Of a stretch of DNA of 64,000 bases, positions 50,023 to 59,413 are shown piece by piece. A program made the position numbers and the translations under genes. Within the stretch, counting starts at the first letter, position 1. Each line of letters opens with the position of its first letter. Origin of the DNA: an uncultured Verrucomicrobiae bacterium (GTDB lineage: Bacteria; Verrucomicrobiota; Verrucomicrobiia; Chthoniobacterales; JAFAMB01). Location: contig CAWEXO010000005.1 in the NCBI GenBank assembly GCA_963813025.1, positions 283,840-347,839 on the forward strand, in the 5' to 3' direction. The notes under the pieces are model-generated. The model was not told the DNA's origin, did not search any database, and saw only the letters and a list, made by a program, of their open reading frames with translations.

Positions 50023-51315
50023 GTGAATTTCTTAAAACGAGCCCAAATCAGCGCGACGATCCAGCCGATGATGAACGACACTCACGATCGAATGCAGGAC
50101 ACCGCCCACGCGGAAGACGAGAATAGAGCCAAGCCGCTGAAAGAGCGGATCCCCTACGGTCAGGAGCGATCAGTCTTCGACCGAGTAAAGTCCATCTATC
50201 CGGATTACCAAGAGGAGAAATCTGCCGGTTTTGTACTGCACACTTGCGCCAAGTTCATCAACAGCGAGCTCTTCGAGATAGAACCTTTTGAAAATCATTT
50301 TTTCTTAGAGTTGCTCATTCCCCTAGTGATAATTGGAGTGGCTTATGTGTGGTCGCTGTCGTTAATACGAACTGCAACGGGCCCTTGGTGGACAGTTCTG
50401 GCTGTACTTTGCTTTATCGGCTTCGTTGTTGTCGGATTTTTGTTATTAGCGCTATGGACAAGGTTTTGGTCCTGGGCGGGAATCATAGCTTTTTACATCG
50501 GTGCCCTTGCCACTCTGGTACCGAGAATACTGATGTTCACCGGCACCTGGCACGAGCCGAAAGGATTGCTCCTACGTGCCGCAACGGACGCTGTATTTGT
50601 TTGCGGATTTTTGTCCATTGGAGCCGTGCTAGCCTGGGGGTTCTACAGGTTGTCCCTGGATGCCGTGAAGAACCGCAGGCGTTGGAATCACCCGGTACCT
50701 TACTTGCTATGGTCCCTCTTTAGGGCATTAGAAAAATATGTTGCTGAAAAAAAGGCAGACGTTCCTATTTGGCTAAATCAAACGGCTCGCGATGAGCTGC
50801 TCGGCGACTTGGAATCTGCTGCTCGATGTCTGGAGTTTTTTCAGCGACGATTCGCATCTGTCGGCTCGGCTTTTGATCCAGATGGCGGACAATACTATCT
50901 GCGCCGTGCCGCAGGGCTGCGCAGGATTAAGACTCGCGTCTGTCTACCAAACTCAGAAAATCCCGATTATCTCCAACAGGAGATAAGGCGGCTTTTGGAT
51001 TTGATGTCCAAAGGAACTTGGGATACTTTGCCCGTCGCGGATCCTCCCCCGACGACACTGCTTCCATGGTGGAAAAGAGTGCTGAAGCTGGTTCGCTCGC
51101 TAGCGATCGCGCTTCTTCCTGCCCTGGTTATCTCCGTGTTAGATGCATACCACCGGTTGCCGCCCCAGATCAATACCTACATCGTTCCAGTTGCTTGGAT
51201 CTGGACAATAATTGGCGTTCTCTATGTGCTCGACCCGCGATTCGGCGAGAAGCTTTCCGCCTTCAAAGATTTGCCAAACTTCTTGGATTTCGTTCCAAAG
51301 TCGAAGGGGAAATAA
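50023..51315 (+). CDS. Hypothetical multi-pass membrane protein
   Basis: Four N-terminal and two C-terminal hydrophobic segments around a helical soluble domain. Confidence 0.7.
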   Translation: MNFLKRAQISATIQPMMNDTHDRMQDTAHAEDENRAKPLKERIPYGQERSVFDRVKSIYPDYQEEKSAGFVLHTCAKFINSELFEIEPFENHFFLELLIPLVIIGVAYVWSLSLIRTATGPWWTVLAVLCFIGFVVVGFLLLALWTRFWSWAGIIAFYIGALATLVPRILMFTGTWHEPKGLLLRAATDAVFVCGFLSIGAVLAWGFYRLSLDAVKNRRRWNHPVPYLLWSLFRALEKYVAEKKADVPIWLNQTARDELLGDLESAARCLEFFQRRFASVGSAFDPDGGQYYLRRAAGLRRIKTRVCLPNSENPDYLQQEIRRLLDLMSKGTWDTLPVADPPPTTLLPWWKRVLKLVRSLAIALLPALVISVLDAYHRLPPQINTYIVPVAWIWTIIGVLYVLDPRFGEKLSAFKDLPNFLDFVPKSKGK

Positions 51316-51324
51316 GCAGGCCAC

Positions 51325-51891
51325 TTACGGACGACACCGCAGACCGGCCCGATAGGTCCGATCACTGCTGAGCGCGTGCAGATCGCTAGCGCCACCAGTA
51401 TCCATTGCGGCTGCTAGCTCCGCTTTCCAATCCCATGCCGCTAGCTCCGTTTTCCATTTAGGTTCTGAACGTGAAGAAGATTGCTCCGAAGATTTCACCG
51501 GTCGGCCTCGAGCGGTGCGAATTCGTTTTCCTCCGAGTAGCTCGACATCGGCATAGATCGCGGCAACCGAGCAACCGAACCGGTTTGCTAACTCCAAACA
51601 AGTTTGCTTATCGAACCGCACTTCCTTCGCGATCAGCCGTTCCACTTCGGCACGTCGTTCCGGGAGATTCGGCCAGGCCATTGCTGGCTTTTCACCAGAC
51701 TCCAGAGCCTGCTCGGACGCGAGCGCGTTTATATCGACAAGTTGCTTGGTCAGAATATCGGCTGCGATCCGGGTCCGGTATTTCCCAGTGATAACCTCTT
51801 GTTGTTTGAGCGCCTCGTAGACGGCCTGCGGAACGATGAATTGAACGCGCACATTACCAAGGCGCGGCCGGCCGGGATGAGATTGCGGCAC
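51325..51891 (-). CDS. Hypothetical protein, possibly DNA-binding
   Basis: GRP motifs, RHH-like start and ELANRFGCSVAAIYADV HTH-like segment. Confidence 0.45.
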   Translation of the reverse strand: MPQSHPGRPRLGNVRVQFIVPQAVYEALKQQEVITGKYRTRIAADILTKQLVDINALASEQALESGEKPAMAWPNLPERRAEVERLIAKEVRFDKQTCLELANRFGCSVAAIYADVELLGGKRIRTARGRPVKSSEQSSSRSEPKWKTELAAWDWKAELAAAMDTGGASDLHALSSDRTYRAGLRCRP

Positions 51892-52063
51892 GCCTGTTCA
51901 CCAGACTCCGGAGGCCGCATTGAAACAAGTGAGAAAAAAAGAGAGACGCCCTGGCTCGATCACCTTGGAGGCGTCTCTCTGCAGAAACTACAAATCACGC
52001 TGGGTAAATCTTATCACCAGACAAGAATACCAGCAACGCTGAGGTTTACAGTCGAATGGAAGA

Positions 52064-53032
52064 ATGACAAAACTGCCTATGGGCTACACATTTCGACTTC
52101 GGTTTAATCGCTCGCCTTTGGCCACCCTCGAAACCAACCTATCTGAGATCAAGATTGCCATTCCGGAACGCGGTATTTCTGTGTTTCTGCGCGCATCCTT
52201 GCCCGAAAACAAAACTCTTAAGGATGCAGGACAATGGGTACTTGTCGGAGAAGGATATCACTCAGAAAATAAGGCCTTAGAAGAAGGCGAACACCTTCAG
52301 GATGCCCTGATGATCGCTCTTGCCCGAGTTCGCATTGGCGTAAATTTTGGAGATCGCTCTGCGAAAGGACAATTTACGGCGCACGGGTTGCAGTCTCTTG
52401 AAGCAAGCGCCAGACGAAGAGTTCTCAATAATGTTCATGGTTTGATGGTGTATCAGTCTGAGCCACAGCCGGCGTTCGCGGCGGTGGAGGGCATGAATCT
52501 TTTTCTTGGCATAAGCCTTGAATCTTTTGAGCAGACATTCTCTGCAATTATCGCTCTTAACCAGAGACTAACAGATCGCGAGAAGATCGCGTTTTCGCTA
52601 TTTAACTCGTCGTTCTTTCAGCCTGTACCCGATAGTCGTTTTCTTCTTCTGATGATGTCCATAGAGACGCTCATCGATCCTCAACCGAAGTCTCCCGAAG
52701 CTGTCAATCACGTTGACGGTTTTATAGACCAGATAAGGAATTCAACGCTAGATGATAACGAGAAATATTCCCTGATGGGAAGCCTGAGGTGGCTAAGAGA
52801 CGAATCTATCAACAAGGCCGGACAACGTCTTGTGAAAGAAAGACTGGGCGAAAAAATATATGAAGGCAAGGTTGCGCGTGAGTTTTTCTCAGAGATCTAT
52901 GAAATGCGGAGCCGCCTCGTTCATGGCGGAACGCCCTTTCCAACATTTCGGGAAGTAAACGCCATAGCTGCGCCAGTGGAAGTGTTTGTCTCTGAGCTCT
53001 TGACGGCCCCTTTCCTTCATTCCCAGCAGTAG
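52064..53032 (+). CDS. HEPN-domain protein
   Basis: RFLLLMMSIETL and C-terminal YEMRSRLVHGG (Rx4H). Confidence 0.7.
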   Translation: MTKLPMGYTFRLRFNRSPLATLETNLSEIKIAIPERGISVFLRASLPENKTLKDAGQWVLVGEGYHSENKALEEGEHLQDALMIALARVRIGVNFGDRSAKGQFTAHGLQSLEASARRRVLNNVHGLMVYQSEPQPAFAAVEGMNLFLGISLESFEQTFSAIIALNQRLTDREKIAFSLFNSSFFQPVPDSRFLLLMMSIETLIDPQPKSPEAVNHVDGFIDQIRNSTLDDNEKYSLMGSLRWLRDESINKAGQRLVKERLGEKIYEGKVAREFFSEIYEMRSRLVHGGTPFPTFREVNAIAAPVEVFVSELLTAPFLHSQQ

Positions 53033-53093
53033 TTCGTCAAGCAGCTACAACTCCACCTCGCAGAGTTACGCTTACGGTTCTGGGAAGCTAGCC

Positions 53094-55151
53094 TTACCAT
53101 TGCACCGGCGTATTCTGCGCACCCCATTTCCGGCGTGGTCCCACGCCGCCCACCGGTACGACCTCGCCCGGCATCGGTGGCGGGTATTTGACACCGCCAA
53201 CTTCATCGAACCGCGCCGCCTGTTGCACGCCAAACTTCGCAGGATCCGGATAACCCTCCGGAGGCATCACGCCGAAGGCCAGTGCGTGCTCTGGCCGTTC
53301 TCGCCCTTCCTTGGTCGCCGGCTGGCGTATTCCGTCGATTTGTCCCCGATAAGTCTCGATACAACAGAGAATCATGCACACTAGGTCGAGGGCTTCGTTG
53401 CGTTCCCGGATCGGTACCCAGCGGGTCGAACGGACTCCGTTACGCATCTTCGATTCTTTGCGTTCGCTCAAGAGCTGCAGAAAAAACTCTTCATCAAAAC
53501 CCGCTTCCTCACTGCCAAAATGGATATAGCCGGGACCGGGAGTCACAATCTCCAGCTTAGTTGCTAGCTGTTCCTTAAAATAATTGGCGTTACCCTGAAT
53601 GAGTCGAGCATGCGTCAAATTATCGGTCCCACGTTTCCAGGGTCCGGTCAGATCGGGACTCCCGCGATAGGGCCACAAGAGATGGGCCCGCAGGTTGCAG
53701 CGCCGGTGGACCTCGGCGGTGGCATGCCCGCCACTATCCTGCAGGCAACGCGATAGACTCAGTGTTGTGCCGTCCGGCCGGCTCCAGGTACGATTTAAGA
53801 CCTGGCTGTCCAGTTCCGTGTAGATCCGCTCGGCGTCGTCGGCGATCCGACCGGGGATCGTTCCCGTTTCCAAACACCAAATCTCGTTGCGGGTGCCGAC
53901 CGCTGCCACCAAATATTCCAGCCAATGTTTTTGGGTATCGATCGCACCGAGCACGATCCGCGCCTGTTCTGGCACCTCATACTTTTTCCGGCGCGCCAAG
54001 AGGATCTCGGGCTCACTCATGAGCTGCACTTTCACCGTGAAATTCTCCGCTAACCGGGTACCCAGAACCACCCGAAACAGACTGTAATCGCCTTCTTCTT
54101 TGGCGTGACAGGCTGTTCGCCATTCACTGAAAATCACTTCCCAGCGAACAAAGGGACTAGCAAACCCGTTCAACCAAAAACCGCGTCGAGAATGGCCCGG
54201 ATTTTCCGCGATCCATTTACCCTTTAGCCCTTGCCATTGGCCTTGAGTGTAGGTTCGGCCGCAGTGTAAACAGCGCGCCTTAACGCTAGCGAAATCCATC
54301 TCCGCTAAGCGCAAAATTTGCAGGTGCCGGCACCCCGGACACCGGGAGTGCCATTTCTCCCGAGTCGAATCCTCAAACAGAGTCGTTATCCGACATTCAG
54401 CCAATTCAACGGGTGAGGAGGTGTAAAGAACCTTGGCTTCATCGCCCCAGGTGGTTAACCGGACCCGAGCCAGTGCGATGGGATCACCCTCAGCCGCTCG
54501 GCCGCGAGCCTGCAACGGCATCCGGCTGGTCTCATCAAAGATCAGGTATTTGACCGGACGTTGCGCAAGCGCGGTGGCACTGCTGGCATGCACGATGGTC
54601 AATGGCATCCGGCTGCCGAGCGTCATCCGGAACGCGGAATCGTCTTTGAACTCATCCTCGCGAGATTCCTCCTCGCTGTACGAAAACCGCGCATCCCGCA
54701 TCATCGGCCGGACCCGATCAGCGCTCAGGCTCTTGGCGCTCTTCCAGTCCGGCGCAACCGCCAACGCCGGCGCAGGCGCCCAACGCGACCAATAAAGCAG
54801 CGCGTTCAATTCCAGCTCGGTCTTGCCGCATTGGCTCGCCCAATCGATGACCACTTCGGGCGTCGCCGGACCAAGAATCGCCCGTTGCGGTTCCTCCAGA
54901 TAATGAGCTCGCTCAAACCGGAATGGACCCGTCTCCTTGCTCGATTCCGGACTAAGCCGCCGGGTTGCTTCCAGCCACTCGATCGGATCCGGAGGTTCTT
55001 CCGGAGTCGCGATCGATGCTAAACGCTCCAATAGCTCGGCTACTCCGGTCCCAACACCAGCTCCGGAAAGGGGGGTATCCGGATAGCGGTCACTCTCTGA
55101 AACGCTCGTGAGCGGCTTTCTAGGTTCCCTCTTTTTGGGCTGACGCGCCAT
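53094..55151 (-). CDS. Phage terminase large subunit, lambda GpA family
   Basis: SQCGKTE (Walker A), LIFDE (Walker B), EGDP..LA..R, CPGC/C..CG, IDTQ, DSGG, RNEALD. Confidence 0.92.
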   Translation of the reverse strand: MARQPKKREPRKPLTSVSESDRYPDTPLSGAGVGTGVAELLERLASIATPEEPPDPIEWLEATRRLSPESSKETGPFRFERAHYLEEPQRAILGPATPEVVIDWASQCGKTELELNALLYWSRWAPAPALAVAPDWKSAKSLSADRVRPMMRDARFSYSEEESREDEFKDDSAFRMTLGSRMPLTIVHASSATALAQRPVKYLIFDETSRMPLQARGRAAEGDPIALARVRLTTWGDEAKVLYTSSPVELAECRITTLFEDSTREKWHSRCPGCRHLQILRLAEMDFASVKARCLHCGRTYTQGQWQGLKGKWIAENPGHSRRGFWLNGFASPFVRWEVIFSEWRTACHAKEEGDYSLFRVVLGTRLAENFTVKVQLMSEPEILLARRKKYEVPEQARIVLGAIDTQKHWLEYLVAAVGTRNEIWCLETGTIPGRIADDAERIYTELDSQVLNRTWSRPDGTTLSLSRCLQDSGGHATAEVHRRCNLRAHLLWPYRGSPDLTGPWKRGTDNLTHARLIQGNANYFKEQLATKLEIVTPGPGYIHFGSEEAGFDEEFFLQLLSERKESKMRNGVRSTRWVPIRERNEALDLVCMILCCIETYRGQIDGIRQPATKEGRERPEHALAFGVMPPEGYPDPAKFGVQQAARFDEVGGVKYPPPMPGEVVPVGGVGPRRKWGAQNTPVQW

Positions 55152-55677
55152 TGTCTTGGAAAATCGGGGTTTGGAGTAATTCGCCCAACATCGAGAGTAA
55201 ATCGCTGGAATCGGCCCGGATCAAGGCGACCCGCGCCTTGCGATCTTTGACCCGCGCTAACTTTGTTTCCAGCCGATCGGCCCGGGCCAGCACCGCTCCT
55301 TTATAAGCCAGGATGATCGGTTCCAATCGGAGAAAGAGCTTGTCTTTATCGACCATCCGGCCCGATTCAATGGCGTGCTTCAGTTCGGTCCGGGCTCGTT
55401 GCGCTTTCTGAGTCTTGGCTTTCTCTTCTACAAAGCTGATGGCGGCGCGCTCTTTGCGTTTACCGCTGTGCTCAACAAAGCGAGTCACATTCTGCCAAAC
55501 CGGATAGACGAACGCGCGCGAGTCGTTCGGATGCGGCCGGCGAACCAGTACTCCGCTTCGAGCCAGCTTGGCCACTTCTGAGTCGCTGAGCTTCAACACC
55601 GCCGCCAAGTCAACGCTCGAGAGGTAAAGTTCCGCCGAAATAGAGGTAATCCGGATCGATTCTTCAAGCGTTTCCAT
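55120..55677 (-). CDS. Probable terminase small subunit (Nu1-like)
   Basis: wHTH-like N-terminus (DLAAVLKLS..V..L.R.G) plus coiled coil; overlaps the TerL start. Confidence 0.7.
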   Translation of the reverse strand: METLEESIRITSISAELYLSSVDLAAVLKLSDSEVAKLARSGVLVRRPHPNDSRAFVYPVWQNVTRFVEHSGKRKERAAISFVEEKAKTQKAQRARTELKHAIESGRMVDKDKLFLRLEPIILAYKGAVLARADRLETKLARVKDRKARVALIRADSSDLLSMLGELLQTPIFQDNGASAQKEGT

Positions 55678-55740
55678 GCGCTAAATCCTAGAGCTGAAGA
55701 CGGCAAAAATGAAACTTGTTGTAAATGTTGCGAAAAACAC

Positions 55741-55784
55741 GGTCGCGCCGCACCCGTCAGTCAAGCCATCGAGCGCAAGGACCC
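55741..55784 (-). other. Lambda-like cos site upstream of terS
   Basis: Minus strand: GGGTCCT, 23 nt ending in ACG, GGTGCGGCGCGACC, GTGTTTTTCGC. Confidence 0.7.
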
Positions 55785-56130
55785 GCAGTGGACTCCTCTC
55801 ATCATGAGCGGCTCTCAAAAGGTGACGGCTCGCCTCGGCTTCGCGCGTATCGCTGACCAGACTGTCGATCACACAATGCCTCCATTTCGCTTTAGCCTAT
55901 GCTGTGGTAACAGGCCCACAAATTTCTGCGGATGTTTGTCTAGAATATTGCCGATAATCTTCTCATCCAGAACATTCGGTCGTACCTCTCACCGCGCCAG
56001 ATCTCGACTCAACCCCCCTCTCCGGTTCACGCGACCGCGGCTATGGGACTAAGGGGGGCAATACCCATGCCAGAGGCAAGTTGATACGCTTCTTTTATGA
56101 AAAAATTCTGATACGACTCTTGCGACACCG

Positions 56131-56692
56131 GTGATCCCAAATTCGCATCAAATGGGGCACATCGTGCTGAATCATCCAGCGCTTCCCTCCAGAACAGCCT
56201 GCCACCCGTGCGGGACCGGCGCAGAAACGCCGTCGCTCCGGCAAGCGTTTCTCCCAATTTTCGCCGCCGTTCTGGTGAACCTCGCCGCGTGCACTACTCA
56301 GAGCGGCTCGATGAGCCTGCAAGGCAAGCCGCTGTCTGGTTACGTGCAAATGACCCAAGTCCAAGCTGCCTATCTGGGCAGCGGCAATGCGGGCAACGGT
56401 ACTCTGAGGTACCGGGGGCGTACTTACCCATTCATGGTCGGCGGGCTCGGTGTTGGAGGGATCGGCATCTCGAAGATCGAGGCGAAGAGTGAGGTCTACG
56501 GACTGGAGCGCCTCCGCGATTTCCCGGGCGCGTACATTCAGGGCCAATATGGGTTTGCCCTGGGCACTACGAGCGCGGGCGACCTTTGGCTGAAGAACGG
56601 AAATTGGTGTGATCATGCGTCTGGTCGCGAAGCGACAAGGGCTGATGCTGAGTGTGGGCGGCGACGCGGTGGTGATCCAAATGAACCAGTGA
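56131..56692 (+). CDS. Lipoprotein (EipA/DUF1134-like), frameshift near 56605
   Basis: LAAC lipobox; G.GTL.YRG..YPF.VGGLGVGG...G.Y...DLWLKN. Confidence 0.65.
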
Positions 56693-57087
56693 GAGGGGGT
56701 ACGCCATGAAATTTTTAGGCGATATTTTGCGTCTTCCAACTCTGGCTTGCATCCCACCGGCATCTCTCCGGGCGTCTCGCGCATCTGCCTTATTGCAGCA
56801 GTCACACGGTAAGCATCGTCGAGATCGAATGCAGAAAGGCGCGCAGAGATGGCGCCCCAAATGTTTCACTTCACTGTGTCGAGCGGCGCCGTGGTGACCG
56901 CGGGCATGGTGGGACTTTCTGCTGATCCGGAAGCACCGGGAAGCCCTACAGCAACGCGCTGTGCTGGCAGGGAATTCCAAGCCGCGAACAATAACGCTCG
57001 AACCGACGCGTCTCAGCCGGTCGGGTCGAGTCTCAGATCCGCCAATGTGGGACTGGTGGCGTCGCGCCCTCGATACCGCGACCGGCT

Positions 57088-58191
57088 CTAAAATTTGAGC
57101 CCAACCGTAATTTGTGCGCCGTGCAGCCACAGTTGATAGAGGAAGCTGCTGCTTTCGTCGCGGAAGTCATCATAGAGAGCCCGGTAGCCGACCTCGGAAT
57201 AGATGCGACGAGTAAGTTGGCAGCCGACTCCAGCATAGCCCTGCCAGGCGATATCAGATCCGATGCCGAACCCACCAACGTCGGTTTCTGCGGTGAGATA
57301 GAACGCCTTGCTCAGATTCAAGCGGGCTCGTAAACCAATCAACGGATCGAACCAGTTATCGTAAAAAGAAAAGCTTCGATTCAGGCTGTTCGTTACTCGA
57401 TTGGCGACCTCGTTTGTCAATTCGGCTTTCAATTGATCGACTCTGGCTTGAATACCTGCCCGGATCGCGGCCACCAGCTCTGGTTGCCGGCTCTGGATTA
57501 CCTGTTGGGCTTGATCGCGTATTTTACCCGGTTCCTGGCCGGCAATCGGACCGACTGGCAAAGTTGGGGCAAGTCCTTCCAGCGACGTCAACCGATCTGT
57601 GATGTTTTCCTGAATGAGAGTTCGCAGGTCAGAGTTGGGTGTCGTTAGTTGCTGTGCGAATTGATCTACCAACTGGGTGCTGGCCGTATCGATTTTCAGC
57701 ACATTCGGATTCAAATCCAGCTGCTGACCGAGATAAGTGTATCGAAAGCCCGTCAGCAGATCCAACCAGCCATGGGGTCCTTCGATGAGTCGGTAGGAAC
57801 CAAAGAGCTCCCCAACAAATTGCTGAAGGCCGACGCCCAACCTGGCTACTAAACCTGTCCCGTCCTCGCCGGCCTGAGCGTTCACGTAGAGAAGGTCCCC
57901 GAGCACGCCAAACCGGCCTCTTCGTATTTCAGCGGTAGTCGAATAAACCACATTAATATGCGAGAGAATCTGTCCGACCCCGACGTTCACGTACGGGTTG
58001 ATGCCGTGAAACCCGGTGTGGCCACTGAACCCGGCTAGCCAGATGGGACCTCCCACCGTGATTTCCCAGGGTTCAGTTGTTTTGACTGGTGGTTGTTCGA
58101 CCACCTTTGCCTCTTCCTGTATACCAGCCAATCCCGCGATGACTGAAAGAAAGAAAATCGTTGCGACGCTCAGCTTAACAAGAAGATTCAT
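57088..58191 (-). CDS. Outer-membrane beta-barrel protein with a helical insertion
   Basis: Signal peptide; WFDPLIG, DVGGFGIGSD, GYRAL; terminal F. Confidence 0.75.
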   Translation of the reverse strand: MNLLVKLSVATIFFLSVIAGLAGIQEEAKVVEQPPVKTTEPWEITVGGPIWLAGFSGHTGFHGINPYVNVGVGQILSHINVVYSTTAEIRRGRFGVLGDLLYVNAQAGEDGTGLVARLGVGLQQFVGELFGSYRLIEGPHGWLDLLTGFRYTYLGQQLDLNPNVLKIDTASTQLVDQFAQQLTTPNSDLRTLIQENITDRLTSLEGLAPTLPVGPIAGQEPGKIRDQAQQVIQSRQPELVAAIRAGIQARVDQLKAELTNEVANRVTNSLNRSFSFYDNWFDPLIGLRARLNLSKAFYLTAETDVGGFGIGSDIAWQGYAGVGCQLTRRIYSEVGYRALYDDFRDESSSFLYQLWLHGAQITVGLKF

Positions 58192-58381
58192 GTTCGGGAG
58201 CAAGCGTAGAATGGCCGCATATTGGTTTTTCCGAGACTTCCGGCGTGCGGTCAAGGCGGCGTAGATCACTAGCCGCTCCGGAAGAGTATTGTTTCCGTTC
58301 GCGGTGAAATTCTTTCTGCCCATGGCAGATAGGACGGAGCACAGTTAGCTCCGCCGGTCACTTCGCTGTCCCTATTTTTAC

Positions 58382-59143
58382 TTAGAACGCGAATCTGAGG
58401 CCGAAATTGGTCTGGACAAAGTTGGTGCTGCCACGCCCATTATGATCAACGACGTTATAACCAGCCTCGCCGAAGAGCCCAATATTGGGAGTGAAGCGAT
58501 ATTCGAATCCACCGCCGATGTTCCCAAGCGGACGGCTTTGGACGCTCGAAGATGCGTTGTTGAACCTCGCATTGAGCTCCGGAAAGCGCGTGTTTATCGT
58601 CTCCCCATTCCCGCCTGCGAAAAGAACACCGAACCCACCAAACACGTATGGCGCCAAGTGAACACCGGGCCAGAAGTCATCCAGCGGGAGCCGCAGTACA
58701 ATGTTTGACGTTATGATGCCCGCCGACGTACTGACAGAGCCACTTCTACTCGCCGTCCTGACACCATTGACAGTCTCAGTCACCGTGAAAGTTCCAGTTG
58801 AGAGCGATAATCCCGCCCCTTGGAACCTGACACCTGCATATTTCCAAGGGAAATAATAACTGAAATCCATGCCTCCGCCCCAACCGCTCACGGTGGTTTC
58901 GCCGGAGAGGGTAGTGCTGATGCCGTCTCTAACACGCGTGCCTGTTGGATTGTTGCCTGTTCCTGTCGCATAGGTCCCGAACGCTCCAATATCGAATTCG
59001 TTCCCTCTGAAGAATGAAGCCGGCGGTGGAGGTGGCCCCGGTACCGGTACAACTTGCTTCGAGGATACTACTGGTTCTCCGGCAAAGGAGACAATTGCGT
59101 GTGACGCAAGGGTCACTACGGCTAAGGTAATTAATCTTTTCAT
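58382..59143 (-). CDS. Outer-membrane beta-barrel protein
   Basis: Signal peptide; APYVFGG.G, GGG.EYRFTPNIG.F; ends GLRFAF. Confidence 0.8.
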   Translation of the reverse strand: MKRLITLAVVTLASHAIVSFAGEPVVSSKQVVPVPGPPPPPASFFRGNEFDIGAFGTYATGTGNNPTGTRVRDGISTTLSGETTVSGWGGGMDFSYYFPWKYAGVRFQGAGLSLSTGTFTVTETVNGVRTASRSGSVSTSAGIITSNIVLRLPLDDFWPGVHLAPYVFGGFGVLFAGGNGETINTRFPELNARFNNASSSVQSRPLGNIGGGFEYRFTPNIGLFGEAGYNVVDHNGRGSTNFVQTNFGLRFAF

Positions 59144-59266
59144 ATCATCCATGTGGTGTGCTTCGTATGGATCCTCGGTATTTGGCAACCTACATCGACG
59201 GGTCGACGAAGGGCCCCAGATTCCTTATCCGAAGCAAAAGGGTATCAATTCTGATTAGCCACCGAT

Positions 59267-59284
59267 ATTGTACTTTCGGGCAAT
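59267..59284. promoter_or_regulatory. Palindromic operator, copy 1
   Basis: ATTGTACTTTCGGGCAAT; related copies at 63477 and 63602. Confidence 0.55.
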
Positions 59285-59413
59285 CTCTCTTAGAATATTT
59301 CCGCTTAGTTGGAGATTGCCGGCGGTGTAGCCGGCCGCAAGGCGCAGCGCTAGCCAATCTGTCGCGAGCAGGGATTCCTGGCGGACCTAAAAAGAGAAGG
59401 ATACACCCGCGAA

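Noticed and set aside
30383..55790. One complete prophage spanning both islands
   Set aside because: An internal att site and two separate cos-like sites divide it, and portal, sheath, tube and lysis genes are not found in the window.
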